A DNA stretch of 64,000 nt, taken from assembly GCA_963822445.1 (NCBI GenBank), contig CAWGHO010000002.1:1824001-1888000 (forward strand), given 5' to 3'. The position numbers and the translations under genes are program-made. Of this stretch, positions 47,923 through 60,513 are shown piece by piece; position 1 is the stretch's first letter; every line of letters starts with the position of its first letter. Source of the DNA: an uncultured Acidobacteriota bacterium. GTDB taxonomy: Bacteria > Acidobacteriota > Thermoanaerobaculia > Gp7-AA8. The notes below the pieces were generated by a model that had not been told where the DNA came from, ran no database searches, and saw only the letters and a program-made list of their open reading frames with translations.

Positions 47923-48591
47923 ATGCCGTTTCTCGTAGGGCAGGAGCTCTCGAAGACGTATCGCAACGCCGCGGTGCCGGTCCTGGTGTTCAGCGGACTG
48001 GATCTCGTGGTGGAAAAAGGGGAGATGCTGGCCATCGTCGGTCCGTCCGGCATCGGCAAGTCGACCCTGCTCCACCTCCTCGGCGGACTCGATCGCCCCG
48101 ACTCAGGCAGCGTGCGTGTCGATGACCGCGAGCTGACCCATTTGCCTGCCGACGAGCTGGCGAGGTTCAGGAACCGCAACGTCGGCTTTGTCTTCCAGTT
48201 CCACCATCTCCTTCCCGAGTTCACCGCCGCGGAAAACGTGGCCATGCCGGGTTGGATCGGAAGGATGAACCGGGACGAGGCGTTGAAGCGGGCGGCCGGG
48301 TTGCTCGCGGAGCTCGGACTGGCAGAGAGAAGCCGGCACTTTCCGAACCAGCTTTCCGGCGGAGAACAGCAGCGCGTGGCCATCGCGCGCGCCCTGCTGG
48401 CCGATCCGGTGCTCTTCCTGGCCGACGAGCCGACGGGGAATCTCGACCTGGCAACCAGTGAGAAAGTGTTCGATCTGATGCGGGAGTGTCACAATAAGCG
48501 CGGACTGACTTCCGTCATCGTGACTCACAATCCGGAGCTGGCGGCACGCTGCGATCGGATCTTCGAGATGCCGGTGGTCAGCACAACGTGA
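47923..48591 (+). CDS. lolD: LolD-like ABC transporter ATPase
   Basis: [39 protein letters not shown]. Confidence 0.85.
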   Translation: MPFLVGQELSKTYRNAAVPVLVFSGLDLVVEKGEMLAIVGPSGIGKSTLLHLLGGLDRPDSGSVRVDDRELTHLPADELARFRNRNVGFVFQFHHLLPEFTAAENVAMPGWIGRMNRDEALKRAAGLLAELGLAERSRHFPNQLSGGEQQRVAIARALLADPVLFLADEPTGNLDLATSEKVFDLMRECHNKRGLTSVIVTHNPELAARCDRIFEMPVVSTT

Positions 48592-48595
48592 CCCA

Positions 48596-51025
<2,430 letters not shown>

Positions 51026-51032
51026 GGATGCC

Positions 51033-51575
51033 ATGAGCGTCGAGACCAAGGTCATCACCGCGGATGAGTTGCTGGCGATGCCGGATGACGGCGCGCATCG
51101 CTACGAACTCGTGCAGGGAGAACTGATTTCTATGGCACCTGCCGGTTCTCGTCACGGCGTCGTTTCGCAGCGTCTGCTCATCTCGATCAGCGCGCACGTC
51201 GACGCGAATCAGTTGGGACAGGTCTATCCGTCCGACACCGGGTTCGTGCTGTCGCGGAATCCGGACACAGTTCGCGCGCCGGACGTGGCGTTCGTTTCTG
51301 CCGGTCGCATGCTGGACACCGACAAGTTTTTTCCCGGCGCCCCTGATCTTGCTATCGAGGTTGTATCGCCCAATGACACATACCGTGAGATCAACACAAA
51401 GGTAGCCGAGTATCTCCGCGCGGGGACTCGAGTGGTCATAGTCGTCGAACCAGGGCTAAGGACAGCAACGATCCGAACCTCTTCGGAAACGACCGAGGTG
51501 GGCATCGAAGGAACCCTTACCGCTGGAGACGTACTCCCCGGGTGGTCGCTGCGCATGCGGGACCTTTTCCGCTAA
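51033..51575 (+). CDS. Uma2 (DUF820) family endonuclease-like protein
   Basis: RYELVQG, VRAPDVAF, PDLAIEVVSP, EYLRAG, LPGW. Confidence 0.9.
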   Translation: MSVETKVITADELLAMPDDGAHRYELVQGELISMAPAGSRHGVVSQRLLISISAHVDANQLGQVYPSDTGFVLSRNPDTVRAPDVAFVSAGRMLDTDKFFPGAPDLAIEVVSPNDTYREINTKVAEYLRAGTRVVIVVEPGLRTATIRTSSETTEVGIEGTLTAGDVLPGWSLRMRDLFR

Positions 51576-51955
51576 TGCCCCTAGTCCGAATCACCCTCCG
51601 CCGCGGCCGCACCCGTGAGTTTCTTCGCGACCTATCCGAAGCCGTGCACGCATCACTCGTCGCCGAGGCCAACGTTCCCGCCGATGACAAGTTCCATATC
51701 ATCGAAGAAGTCGACGGCGACAATCTCATCGCGCACCCGAGCTATGGCGGTGTCGAGCGAAGCGAGGGGCTGGTGGTCATTCAGATCACGCTCAACGCCG
51801 GCCGCACGGTCGAGGTCAAGAAGAACCTCTACGCCGACATCGCCCGGCGCCTGCAGACCGCCGTCGACGTCCGGCCCGACGACGTGTTGATCAGCCTCGT
51901 CGAGGTGACCAAAGAAAACTGGTCATTTGGCAAGGGCCTGGCGACGTATGCCTGA
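51575..51955 (+). CDS. Tautomerase family protein
   Basis: Catalytic Pro1 (MPLVRI), GRTVEVKKNLY, ENWSFG; TAATG overlap with Uma2 stop. Confidence 0.9.
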   Translation: MPLVRITLRRGRTREFLRDLSEAVHASLVAEANVPADDKFHIIEEVDGDNLIAHPSYGGVERSEGLVVIQITLNAGRTVEVKKNLYADIARRLQTAVDVRPDDVLISLVEVTKENWSFGKGLATYA

Positions 51956-52780
51956 CAGCCACCCGGTTTTCGGTTTTCCCTCGCCGTCGTAGAAACGCAC
52001 CCGGATGTCGGCGCGCTTCATCTCCACGACCGCAAATCCGACCCGCTCGCGGCCGATCTGCTCCGGAAACACGGTTCGTAACCGAAGCTTTACCGGCGGG
52101 ATCGGATGCGAACCGGCCCCGCTGACGAGGAAAAGCATCCGTCCGCGAATGAGTTCGAGGTGATGATCGTGACCGCAGATGTACAGGTCGACGCCAGCCT
52201 CGCGCACGGCCGGAATCAGCTTCTGCATGCGATTGACCTCGTCGCGCGGAAAGTAGCCGTGATAGCCGGACGAAAGAATCGGGTGATGCCCGACCACGAC
52301 TTGCCAGGGTTTTTTCGACGCGCTCAACTCGCGAATCGCCGACTCGACCTGGTTCGGTCGATTGCGAACCAGCAGGTGCGTATCGAGGAACGCGAAGTCG
52401 GCGATCGGCGTCCGGACGCTGTATTGGCGGGCCGGAAAGCGCCAGTTCGGAACCACGCCCGTCGCGCGAATCTGTGCATCAGGATCGGCTTTTCCGCAGT
52501 AGTCGTGGTTGCCGAGGACGGGGAAGAGGGGGATGCCGATGCGGGTCAGCGCGGCGTTGATCGACCACCGCGGGTCCTTTTCCGTGGTCACGCCGCATGG
52601 GTAGAAGTTGTCGCCGGTGAGAATGACCGCGTGGAGAGGGCGCTCGGCATGGACACGCGAGACGCCGCGGGCCACCGCGTCCGCGCCCTTCCCGGTATCG
52701 CCAACTACAGCGATTCGAAGGACATCGCCGTGGCTCAAGTCGATCGCCGAAGCGAGCGCGAGGAGCAGGAACAGGGTCAT
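51923..52780 (-). CDS. Exported purple acid phosphatase-like metallophosphoesterase
   Basis: GDTG, GDNFY, GNHD, GHHP, GHDH, SGAG; short signal peptide. Confidence 0.88.
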   Translation of the reverse strand: MTLFLLLALASAIDLSHGDVLRIAVVGDTGKGADAVARGVSRVHAERPLHAVILTGDNFYPCGVTTEKDPRWSINAALTRIGIPLFPVLGNHDYCGKADPDAQIRATGVVPNWRFPARQYSVRTPIADFAFLDTHLLVRNRPNQVESAIRELSASKKPWQVVVGHHPILSSGYHGYFPRDEVNRMQKLIPAVREAGVDLYICGHDHHLELIRGRMLFLVSGAGSHPIPPVKLRLRTVFPEQIGRERVGFAVVEMKRADIRVRFYDGEGKPKTGWLSGIRRQALAK

Positions 52781-52792
52781 CAAAGCGAACTG

Positions 52793-55700
52793 CTACAAGC
52801 GTCTCAGCGCGACGATCGCCATCGAGAGCCCGAGCAAGAGCAACATCCATTCGGTCAGCGTCGGGATCGACGCCTCGTCGCCCGGCGCCGCCGCGATCAC
52901 GGTGACCACCTGATTGTCGGAGCTGTCAGGATCGAGCTCCGCCGCGCTGACCGTCGCCGTGTTCGTTCCGCCGGCGGCGGGAGCGGTGAACGTGATCGTC
53001 ACCGTTACCGAGCCCCCATTCGTAATTGAGCCGAGGGTGCAGCTCACGTCCGTCGCTCCCGGCGTGCAGGTTCCCTGCGTCGTCGTTGCGCCGATGCCCG
53101 TGGCGCCGGCGGGCACGACATCGTTCAGTGTGACGCCGCTCGCCGTGTCGGGTCCTTGATTGGTCACGGTCACCGTGATCGTGACCGTCGATCCCGGTGC
53201 TGCCGAACCAGGTGCAGAGACGGCGAGAGCGAGGTCCGCGCCGGCCGCATCGTTGCTCGTAATCGTTCCGATCGCTTCACCGTCGGGGATCGAGACGGAC
53301 GCCGAGGTGATGTTCAGGCGGAACGTTTCGTCGGCCTCGAACGATGAATCGTCGAGGATCGGCACGAAGATCTCCTGGATTGTGACGCCCGGCGCGAAGC
53401 TGATCGTGCCGGTCGCGGTCGAATAGTCCGATCCCGCGGTGGCGGTGATGCCGGTGGTTGTGTAGTCGATGTCGATAGTCGACCCGCTCGGTCCGGAGAG
53501 CGTTACGGTGAAGATTGCCGGTCCAGCGTTTTCAGGAGCGGTTTCGTCATCGATGGACGCCGTCACGGGCCCTTCGTTGTCGAGGATCGTCCCGATGGCG
53601 GTGCCGTCCAGGATCGTCGCGTTCGTGGGGAGACTCAAAGTCACGCTGAACGTCTCGCTCGGCTCGGCGAGCGCATCGTCGAGGACTCCGATCGAGATCG
53701 GGAGCGACGTCGAGCCCGGCACGATCGTGAGCGGACCGAACGCGGAGAGGTAGTCGCTGCCACCCGTCGCTGTGATGCCCGCGGTCGCGTATTGAAACGT
53801 CACGGGCTGTGTGCTCGGATGCGACAGCGTTGCGACGAACCCCACGAAAAGGGACGTCTCGCTGCCGGTCGCGTCGTCGATCGACAGCGTCGGCGTCGAT
53901 TCGTCGTCGGTGATCGTGACTGGTGCGGTGGTCGTCGTTCCCAGAAGCGCGCCGTTCGTCGGATTCGAGATCGTGACCGTGAAGGTCTCGTCTCCTTCGA
54001 ACGTGCCGTCGTTGCTGATCGGAACGGCGAATTGTTGTGAAGTCACGCCGGGACCGAAGGTGAGCGTTCCGGCCGTCGTCGTGTAATCGGCACCGGCCGT
54101 AGCCGAGCCGTCCGTGGTCGTGTAATCGACGGTGACCGTGCCGTCGCTCCCTCCGCTTCGATTGACGGTGATGGTGATGGGACCCGCGGCTTCGTTCCCG
54201 CTGTAAGTCGCGGAGCTGAGGTCGAAGACGCCCGGCGCGAGAAGAACGATCGCCGCCGAGAACTCGGAAGTGCTGTCGTCGGGTGGGGTAGCCGTCGCGG
54301 TGAGAGAAGCTCCCGCGGGCGGTGCCGAAACAGGCGAGAAGACGAACGGAGCGTTGCCCAGCGGGTCCGTCGTCACCGTCCATGCGCCGAGGTAGGTGCG
54401 TCCCTCCGCGGTGGCGATGGGATTCGTGTCGCTGAAGAACTCCAGGCTGAAGGTCGTGATCGGCGTGCTGTTCAACGTGCCGCTGATCGTCGCCGTCCCG
54501 CCCTGCAGGTATGCCGTATTCGGGACGGGGTAGTTCTGCAGGTGGTTCGGGCCCTCGTCCGGGTCCTGCGTGTCATTCGGAGTCACCCCCGGAGGGAAGA
54601 GGTCGATGCCCAGCAGTCCGTTGTCGTGAATCGAGTTCCGGGTGATGCGATTGCGGATGCCGCCGATGACGGCGATGCCGTGGTTCGTGTTGTGGCCGAT
54701 GTGATTCTCGCCGCCGGCGCTGCCGATGACGTTGTTCGAGCCGCTGATCACGAGACCGGTCAGATTCGGGATGCCCGCCGTGCCCGCGGCATTCAGCCCG
54801 ACGATGTTGCCGAGCACGGAGTTGTCGCCGCTCAGCTCCAGACCGGCCTGGTTGTTCCCGGAGATGACGTTGCCCTCACCCGCGGCCAATCCGCCGATGG
54901 CGACGTTGCCGGGCGTCACGGAAACGCCGTAGTAGTTTTCCCGCGCGGCCGTACCCGCGGCGTTGAGGCCGACGATGTTCCCGCGGATGATCGTCCCCGC
55001 GCCGGTGAGGCCGGCGATGTTGATGCCGCGCCCATTGCCGTTGCCGGAAACCACGTTGTTCAGGATGTTCGTGTTGGTGCCCACTGAGCGAATGCCGTCG
55101 CCGGAATTCACGATCGCGGTATCGCCGTCGATGCCGAGGCCGACGAAGTTGTTCTGGATCAGGGTTCCGTCGGCCGTTCCTTCGACGAGGACGTTCTGGC
55201 CCGACGGGAAAAGGAGTCCGTTGCCGGAGATGTAGTTACGGGCGGCGACGGCCGGTCCGCCGATCACGGCGCCATCGCTGTTGATCACGATGCCGCCGTT
55301 CGAGTTCGGCACTCTGGCCGTGCCGGTCGCGTTCATCCCGATCACGTTGCCGGCGATCACGAGGGCCGTGCTCAACGCGTCGTCGATGCCCCAGAAGCTG
55401 TTGCCGGAAATGACGTTGCCCGCTCCGGCAGTCGTCCCGCCGATCGTGATGGTCGTCGCTCCGTTGAGAAGGACGCCCGAGCCGCCGTTGGCGATCGCGC
55501 CACTACCCGCGGCGTTGGTACCGATGTAGTTGCCGCTGATGACGGCGTTCGTCGTCGAAAACAGTGTGATGCCGTTCGATGTGTTGCCGGAGATGACGTT
55601 CCTCGCTCCGGCCACGCTGCCGCCGATCGTGACTCCATCGCCGATTTGTACGGCCACGCCGATCACGTTCGGCAGAGCCGCCGTACCGGCCGGGTCCAGG

Positions 55701-57733
55701 CCAACGAGATTGCCTTGCAACGTCGCCGCGTTCCCGCCGTTGATGAAGATGCCGTGGGAGGCACTGCTCGCGACCACGTTGCCCATCCCCGCGACCGTTC
55801 CGCCAATCAGCGCGTTCGCTCCCAGGACGTGAATCCCGTACTCGCCGTTGCCGAGGCCGGCCGCGCCGGCTGCGTTGGTTCCGATGAGGTTGCCGCGAAT
55901 GATCGCGTTCGAAGCTGTCCCGAGCACATCGATGCCGCTGCGGACGTTGCCGGAGATGATGTTGCGATTGACTCCACCGCCGCCGATGACGACGCCGGAC
56001 TCGCCGGCTTCGATTCCGTCCAGAAAGTTCGGCAGAACGGCGGTAGCGGTCGCATTGAGGCCGATGGTGTTCCCGACGATGGTCGTGCCGATGGAGTCGG
56101 GAAGGTTGATTCCATGCGCGCCGCTGTCGGCGATCACGTTGCCGGTGATGGTCGTCGTAGTGCCGTGGTTCTCGATGCCATCGTTGCCGTTACCGGCGGC
56201 GGTGATGCCGTCGGGTGCGAGGCCGATCCAGTTCGCGGTGATGGTCGTGAGTAGCGCGGTATCGATGTAGATCCCGTCGCTGGTGCTATTGGCGATGATG
56301 TTCCCCGCACCGATCCCGCCGATTGCCGTGCCGTTGACGCCGGTGGTTACGTAAATCCCATTTCCCGTTCCGGCGATGTTGGTCGTCCCGTCGGCGCCGA
56401 TTCCGATCCGGTTCGCTTCGATGAGGTTGCCGTCTCCGACCACGACCACCGCGCCGGTGTTCGCGCCTCCGCCGATGACGTTGCCGTCGCCGGCCGCGCC
56501 AAGCCGGGTGAGGCTGCCGAAGATGACGACGGACTCGAAGAACGCGGAGACGGAAGTGTTTCCGGTCGCGTTGGTGCCGATGTAGTTATTGAGGATCAAG
56601 GTCCGGAGCGCGCCGGAACCTACGTAGACGTGATACTGCTCGCCGGCGATCACATTGCGATCGGAGACGTCCGAGCCGCCGATGACCACGTCGTCTTCTT
56701 CTTCGACGAAGATGCTTCGATCGCCATTCAGGAGCACGGTCGAGCCGGCCGGATCGAAGCCGATGATGTTCCCCTCGATCCTGGTGCCCAGCGAACCGCT
56801 TTCCGGGAGCCAGATGCCGTGGCGGTAGTTCGCGGAGATGACGTTCCCCGAGATCAGGGTGTTGTTGCCGCGCTGCTCGATTCCATGTTGGGCGACGAGG
56901 CTGAACGGCGCCGCGGCGCCGGCCGCGTTGGTGCCGACGTAGTTCCCTAGGATCTGTGTGCTGCCGACGCCGGGACCGACGTGCACTTGTACGCTGCTGT
57001 TGGTCGCGATTACGTTGCGTTCCGCCGCCGTGGCTCCGCCGATGGTGACGTTGTCCCCGAAAACGTTGATGCCGTTGAACGAGTTCGGCGCGGCCGTGGT
57101 CCCATCCGCCGCCAGGCCGATGAGATTTCCGACGATCAGCAATCCCTCGTCGTTGCCGTTCTGCACGCCGGACGAGTTGTTGCCGCCGATCACGTTGTCC
57201 TCGATGCGGTTTCCGGCGCCGGCGCCGACGTCCACTTCGATGCCGTGCTGAAAGTTCGCGCTGACGCCAAGGCGCGTCGCGCCGATCCAGTTCCCCAGAA
57301 TCGTGTTGCCGGGGCTGGAGATATAGATGCCGTTCTCCGGCGAACCGGTGATCTCCAGATACTGGATCGTGGAGCCCCCGGCCGGCGGCACGAGCGAGAG
57401 CATGAAGCCGGATAACGTGACGACGGGCGTCGACGTGAAGTCGGGATCGGTCGAGCCGTCGATCGTGACGACATCACTGATGACGAGATCCGTGAGTCCG
57501 GCGGCGTAGGTGATCGTCCCGGTCACGTTGAACGCGATGGTGTCCGGACCGGCGAGGGCGTTGGCCTCGTCGATGGCCTCACGGAGGGTGCAGAGGCCAC
57601 CGTCGCTGTCGCAAACGCCGTCGGGCGTGGCATCGCCGACATCGCCCGTGGAGTTCACCGTGAATGTGGCCGCGCCGAGGACCGGTGCGACGAGGAGAAT
57701 GCCGAAGACAACGACCACCCGGAAAAACGCCAT
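52793..57733 (-). CDS. Giant surface protein: CSLREA domain, parallel beta-helix repeats, Calx-beta x3, DUF11, IPTL-CTERM
   Basis: Signal peptide; TVNSTGD...CTLREAI; many GNxIGxNAAG/NVISGN repeats; ATAGxDY...ETF Calx-beta motifs; VTNQGP..A DUF11; IPTLTEW-TM-RR C-terminus. Confidence 0.88.
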   Translation of the reverse strand: MAFFRVVVVFGILLVAPVLGAATFTVNSTGDVGDATPDGVCDSDGGLCTLREAIDEANALAGPDTIAFNVTGTITYAAGLTDLVISDVVTIDGSTDPDFTSTPVVTLSGFMLSLVPPAGGSTIQYLEITGSPENGIYISSPGNTILGNWIGATRLGVSANFQHGIEVDVGAGAGNRIEDNVIGGNNSSGVQNGNDEGLLIVGNLIGLAADGTTAAPNSFNGINVFGDNVTIGGATAAERNVIATNSSVQVHVGPGVGSTQILGNYVGTNAAGAAAPFSLVAQHGIEQRGNNTLISGNVISANYRHGIWLPESGSLGTRIEGNIIGFDPAGSTVLLNGDRSIFVEEEDDVVIGGSDVSDRNVIAGEQYHVYVGSGALRTLILNNYIGTNATGNTSVSAFFESVVIFGSLTRLGAAGDGNVIGGGANTGAVVVVGDGNLIEANRIGIGADGTTNIAGTGNGIYVTTGVNGTAIGGIGAGNIIANSTSDGIYIDTALLTTITANWIGLAPDGITAAGNGNDGIENHGTTTTITGNVIADSGAHGINLPDSIGTTIVGNTIGLNATATAVLPNFLDGIEAGESGVVIGGGGVNRNIISGNVRSGIDVLGTASNAIIRGNLIGTNAAGAAGLGNGEYGIHVLGANALIGGTVAGMGNVVASSASHGIFINGGNAATLQGNLVGLDPAGTAALPNVIGVAVQIGDGVTIGGSVAGARNVISGNTSNGITLFSTTNAVISGNYIGTNAAGSGAIANGGSGVLLNGATTITIGGTTAGAGNVISGNSFWGIDDALSTALVIAGNVIGMNATGTARVPNSNGGIVINSDGAVIGGPAVAARNYISGNGLLFPSGQNVLVEGTADGTLIQNNFVGLGIDGDTAIVNSGDGIRSVGTNTNILNNVVSGNGNGRGINIAGLTGAGTIIRGNIVGLNAAGTAARENYYGVSVTPGNVAIGGLAAGEGNVISGNNQAGLELSGDNSVLGNIVGLNAAGTAGIPNLTGLVISGSNNVIGSAGGENHIGHNTNHGIAVIGGIRNRITRNSIHDNGLLGIDLFPPGVTPNDTQDPDEGPNHLQNYPVPNTAYLQGGTATISGTLNSTPITTFSLEFFSDTNPIATAEGRTYLGAWTVTTDPLGNAPFVFSPVSAPPAGASLTATATPPDDSTSEFSAAIVLLAPGVFDLSSATYSGNEAAGPITITVNRSGGSDGTVTVDYTTTDGSATAGADYTTTAGTLTFGPGVTSQQFAVPISNDGTFEGDETFTVTISNPTNGALLGTTTTAPVTITDDESTPTLSIDDATGSETSLFVGFVATLSHPSTQPVTFQYATAGITATGGSDYLSAFGPLTIVPGSTSLPISIGVLDDALAEPSETFSVTLSLPTNATILDGTAIGTILDNEGPVTASIDDETAPENAGPAIFTVTLSGPSGSTIDIDYTTTGITATAGSDYSTATGTISFAPGVTIQEIFVPILDDSSFEADETFRLNITSASVSIPDGEAIGTITSNDAAGADLALAVSAPGSAAPGSTVTITVTVTNQGPDTASGVTLNDVVPAGATGIGATTTQGTCTPGATDVSCTLGSITNGGSVTVTITFTAPAAGGTNTATVSAAELDPDSSDNQVVTVIAAAPGDEASIPTLTEWMLLLLGLSMAIVALRRL

Positions 57734-57930
57734 CCGTAACTCCAGCTATCCGAAATAGATCCGAGGCGTGGCATTATCCGCCGAGACCTCGGCGAAGCGA
57801 GCGCGGCCGGAATTAGGCCGGTCCGGGTGAGGGGCATAGAATGCGCCGCGTTTCTCCGGTGTTCCGTGCTTCCGCGTGACCTCCATCGAGGCTCGCGCGT
57901 CACACACAAAATCGCAGTTTTCAGGGGCCT

Positions 57931-60432
57931 ATGATCCGACTCCTAGCCATGCTCGCCCTCCTGCTGCTTGCCGGCACGGTGGCGCGCGCGCAGACGACTA
58001 CCACCCAGCAGGAACCGACCCGGCCACGGCCAGGGTCGATCCTGGAGACCCCGGCCGCCGGCCGGATCACCGACGCACCCCCTCCACCCCAGACCGTGCG
58101 TCCAACCGGCGAGCTGACGGGCCAGGTGGTCGAGCGATTCGAAGCGGTCGGCAACAACTCCGTCGCCAGCGACACCATCCGCGTCTACCTTGGCATCTCC
58201 CCCGGTGACCCCTTCTCGCCCGAAGCCATCCAGCGCAACTTCGTCAACCTCTGGCAGACCGGCCTCTTCGACGACATCCGTGTCGAGTACGAGCAGGGCG
58301 ATACCGGCGTCGTGGTTCGCGTCATCGTGAAAGAGCGTCCGCGCGTCGGCTCGGTCGAGTTCCGCGGCAACAAGGAGCTCACCTCCGCGAAGATCACCGA
58401 AGGCTTCGAGCGCGAGAAGATCGACATCCACGTCGGAAGCACGATCGAGCAGACCCTGGTCAAGCGCGCCGCGGAGACCATCCGCCGCATCTACAGCGAG
58501 GGCGGCTTCGAGGGCGTTCAGGTCGACACCATCACCGAGGACATGACCCTTCCGAACGAGAAGCGGATCGTGTTCGTGATCAACGAAGGCATCAAGGCCA
58601 AAGTCGCGGCCATCGACTTCACCGGCAACGAGAAATTCTCCGACGGCAAGCTGCGCAGCGTGATGAAGGACGTCAAGCGTCACAACATCATCACCTGGGT
58701 GCGCAAGAAGAACCTTTACATCCCCTCGAAGCTCGATGAGGATCTCGAGCGCGTCAAGAACTACTACCAGGACCATGGCTACCAGGACGTCGCGTTCGGC
58801 GATCCGGAGATCAAGACCGTCAACAAGCGCGTCCGCATCACCATCCCGGTCAAAGAAGGAGAGGTTCACACCTTCGGCAAGGTCACCGTCGAGGGCAACA
58901 CCGTCTTCACCGCCGATCAGATCATCGGCGACTGGCCGTTGAAGGAAGGCGACACGCTGGCCCGCAAGCCCATCGCCACGCGCAGCGATGCGTTCGGCGA
59001 GGCGTACCGCATGCGCGGCTACATCTACGCGTACGTCGACGCCGAGTACAACGACCGCGGGAACAACGTCGTCGACGTCAACCTGCGCGTCTTCGAAGGT
59101 GAGCAGTTCCGCCTCGGCCGCCTGGAGTTCGAAGGCAACACCACCACCAAGGACAAGGTTCTCCGCCGCGAGATCTTCCTCGAAGAGGGGCAGATCATGG
59201 ACATGGAGACCTTCAAGCAGAGCCTCTACAAGCTGGGGCAGCTCGGCTACTTCAAGATCACCGACAACCCCGACTTCAAGGTCAACCCCGAGTCCAAGAC
59301 CGTCGACATCACCGTCAAGGGCGTCGAGGAAGGCAAGAACGACATCCAGTTCGGCGGCGGCTACTCGGAAGGCGGCGGATTCTTCGTCCAGGCCCAGTTC
59401 GCGACGCGCAACTTCCTCGGCGAAGGAGAGAACTTCGGCCTCAGCTATCAGCGTGGACGGCGGACGAACTTCTTCAGCATCTCCTACGCCGATCCCTGGT
59501 TCATGGACACGCCGAACAGCCTCGGCATCTCGGTCTACAACAAGGAAACGATCCTTCCCGCGGCCTTCGGTTACGAGCAGCGCGGGCAGGGTGGAACCGT
59601 TGCTTACGGCTATCGTCTCGGCCGGTTCGACAGCGTTTCGCTGCTCTACGGCTTCGACAAGTCCCACTACCGCTACTCGACGCGCGAAGAGCCCGATAAC
59701 CAGGGCAACGTGCCGGTCGGCATCATCACCGACCTCGACTTCACCACGTCCGTGATCGTGCCGTCGTATCGCTACGACTCGCGCGACAACCCGTACGACA
59801 CGACCCGCGGCACGCGGCTGAGCCTCGGTGTCTCGTACGCCGGCGGACCGCTGGGCGGCACGATCAACATGCTCAAGCCGACGGCGAACTTCACCCGCTT
59901 CCAGCGGCTGAGCCGCAAGTCGTCGGTCAGCGCGAACATCGAGGGCGGCTACATCATCCCGTTCAACGATGACTGCGCGCATTCGTACGACGAGCTGACC
60001 AAGCAGATCACCAACCTCTGCGTTCCGGCGTCGGACCGCTTCCTGGTCGGCGGCGAGTTCTCGGTGCGCGGCTTCGAGTACGGCACGCTGGGACCGTTCG
60101 AAAACTTCCCGAACGTCGGCCCCAGCCCGGCCGGCGGCTACAAGTACCACACGTACAACTTCGAATACATCTACCGCGTGAACGATCCGCTGCGGTTCGT
60201 TCTGTGGGCCGACGCGGGCAAGGCATACGGCTACCGCGAGAACTTCGACTTCGCCGCGTTGCGCTACAGCTTCGGCGCGGAGATGCGCGTGTTCCTGCCG
60301 GTGTTCCAGTTCCCGCTTCGTTTCATTTACGCCATCAATCCGTCGCCGAAGGAATGCCCGGCCAATTCGACCACCGCGTGCGTCCCCGATCGCTTCGAAG
60401 GCTTCCAGTTCACGATCGGGAATACCTTCTAA
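57931..60432 (+). CDS. bamA: Outer membrane protein assembly factor BamA
   Basis: Signal peptide, five POTRA repeats (xxGN motifs), VRGF motif, C-terminal FQFTIGNTF. Confidence 0.95.
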   Translation: MIRLLAMLALLLLAGTVARAQTTTTQQEPTRPRPGSILETPAAGRITDAPPPPQTVRPTGELTGQVVERFEAVGNNSVASDTIRVYLGISPGDPFSPEAIQRNFVNLWQTGLFDDIRVEYEQGDTGVVVRVIVKERPRVGSVEFRGNKELTSAKITEGFEREKIDIHVGSTIEQTLVKRAAETIRRIYSEGGFEGVQVDTITEDMTLPNEKRIVFVINEGIKAKVAAIDFTGNEKFSDGKLRSVMKDVKRHNIITWVRKKNLYIPSKLDEDLERVKNYYQDHGYQDVAFGDPEIKTVNKRVRITIPVKEGEVHTFGKVTVEGNTVFTADQIIGDWPLKEGDTLARKPIATRSDAFGEAYRMRGYIYAYVDAEYNDRGNNVVDVNLRVFEGEQFRLGRLEFEGNTTTKDKVLRREIFLEEGQIMDMETFKQSLYKLGQLGYFKITDNPDFKVNPESKTVDITVKGVEEGKNDIQFGGGYSEGGGFFVQAQFATRNFLGEGENFGLSYQRGRRTNFFSISYADPWFMDTPNSLGISVYNKETILPAAFGYEQRGQGGTVAYGYRLGRFDSVSLLYGFDKSHYRYSTREEPDNQGNVPVGIITDLDFTTSVIVPSYRYDSRDNPYDTTRGTRLSLGVSYAGGPLGGTINMLKPTANFTRFQRLSRKSSVSANIEGGYIIPFNDDCAHSYDELTKQITNLCVPASDRFLVGGEFSVRGFEYGTLGPFENFPNVGPSPAGGYKYHTYNFEYIYRVNDPLRFVLWADAGKAYGYRENFDFAALRYSFGAEMRVFLPVFQFPLRFIYAINPSPKECPANSTTACVPDRFEGFQFTIGNTF

Positions 60433-60513
60433 ACGGCGACCGATTACGAACGCGAATCATCAGTGAGTAAGAAAGCATCCCGGCGCGCCGGGAACGAATC
60501 AAAAGGAGATCTC

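Noticed and set aside
51033-51575. Uma2 gene as a restriction/defence system or mobile element
   Set aside because: Solitary Uma2 genes are common, with no methylase, partner or flanking repeats here
57943-60150. Long antisense ORFs (e.g. 735 aa opposite bamA, 706 aa at 8877, 666 aa at 14309, 595 aa at 48578)
   Set aside because: Shadow ORFs expected from high GC3 codon bias on the opposite strand; no recognisable motifs
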